Source of the DNA: Malacoraja senta
Lineage: Eukaryota
Direction of reading: 5' to 3'
Assembly: GCA_038087875.1 (NCBI GenBank)
Contig: CM075997.1
Location: 248,001 to 312,000, forward strand
Length of the DNA stretch: 64,000 nucleotides
This document shows, piece by piece, positions 63,001-64,000 of the stretch. A model generated the notes under the pieces. It saw only the letters and a program-made list of their open reading frames with translations, was not told the origin of the DNA and did no database searches. The position numbers and the translations under genes were made by a program. Positions within the stretch are counted from its first letter, which is position 1, and each line of letters opens with the position of its first letter.

Positions 63001-64000
63001 TCAATGGCAACTGCTTGAATCGAGTTCAGCTGGGATTTTTCAGTTAAAGAAAAAAGAAAAATAAACACAATTAGGGTCCGTACCATGACCTCCGTGGCAC
63101 TGGAAGAGATACCAGGAGTGAATGTTATGCATGGCAGATGTTGTCGAGCAAACACAAGGCAGGGAGGGACGAAGGCTGATGCCCAGTTAGTTGGCTTCTT
63201 CCCATTGACCATGCCTTCTGCAGGACGAGATTTATCATAGACCACTATTTTGTGGACTCAACAGCAAAAACAAAAACAGTTCTCAAGTGACCAAAACAAA
63301 TGGAAAAGACCAAGGTAGTGCAGTGGAAGTACATTCCATGGCAGTTGATGGGAATGTGGTGAAAAATGAAGTCAGACATTGAAAGATCAATGTAACTGGT
63401 GAAATAGACCCTGCCTTACAGGGTAAGGTGACACTAGACTTGGCTAGTACCAGGTCCAATAAGCTAAGCCACTATGAAACCTGAATCTGCCGTGCTTCAT
63501 CTTGCTGTGAAGGATTGTTATATTCGGATTGTTACAGATTGGTTATTGTGTAAGAAGACCTCTATGGTTTATGCATGGTTATTTTTATATCCTGGAATTA
63601 AATCTTTATAACTGGCACGCTACGGAGCTGGAGAAACAGAAATATTAAGATGGCTTTTTCGCTGCCTTGCAGGTTTTTTTTAAAACAGAGAATATTATGT
63701 TGTGAGTGTACATTTGATCAAATAAAATATGGGAAAAAAAATGTTGTGTCGTGAATGTGTCGGCGAATATAAATAGGAGATACATTCTGGACAGGAAGGA
63801 GTAGAAAGAATAAGGAACTGCAGTTACTGGTTTAAACCGAAGATAGACACAAAATGCTGGAGTGACTCAGCTGGACAGGCAGCATCTCTGGATAGAAGGA
63901 ATGAGTGACGTTTCGGGTCGAGACCGGGTCCTTTATTGTCACGTGTACCGAGGTACAGTGAGATTTGATTTTCTGTATGGTCGTGAGAGGTCTCCAAAGA

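Noticed and set aside
1..64000. Most ORFs in the six-frame track
   Set aside because: They are translations of SINE, CR1, L2 or Penelope fragments, or chance ORFs with alternative starts. Real coding sequence here lies in short spliced exons.

Overview
This is vertebrate genomic DNA, not prokaryotic. The HE1/V-SINEs, CR1 LINEs and Deu-domain SINE relics point to a cartilaginous fish, probably a skate or ray (inference). Three contigs are joined by two 200-N gaps (16492-16691, 50944-51143). Genes on the + strand: (i) the last six recognisable coding exons of MEIOSIN (BHMG1, HMG-box meiosis initiator, 1595-17197), with a 1-nt frameshift just before the HMG box and signs of a decayed duplicated exon pair; (ii) up to three orphan ATG-initiated phase-2 first exons (21520, 29609, 38414) whose downstream exons I could not find; (iii) the last two exons of an EML1/2-type gene, probably EML2 (51284-54079). 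The rest is intronic or intergenic and dense with repeats. The most interesting non-coding signals are self-cleaving RNA motifs in small mobile elements. One is a 139-nt TSD-flanked non-autonomous retroelement whose first 54 nt fit a complete minimal HDV-like ribozyme and whose 3' tail matches a nearby Vingi/Ingi-like LINE. The other is a set of many Penelope-derived, often palindromic, TSD-flanked mini-elements carrying minimal hammerhead cores, with a derived 66-bp tandem repeat and a composite cassette dispersed through the window. Homology calls are from memory of these families; no searches were run.
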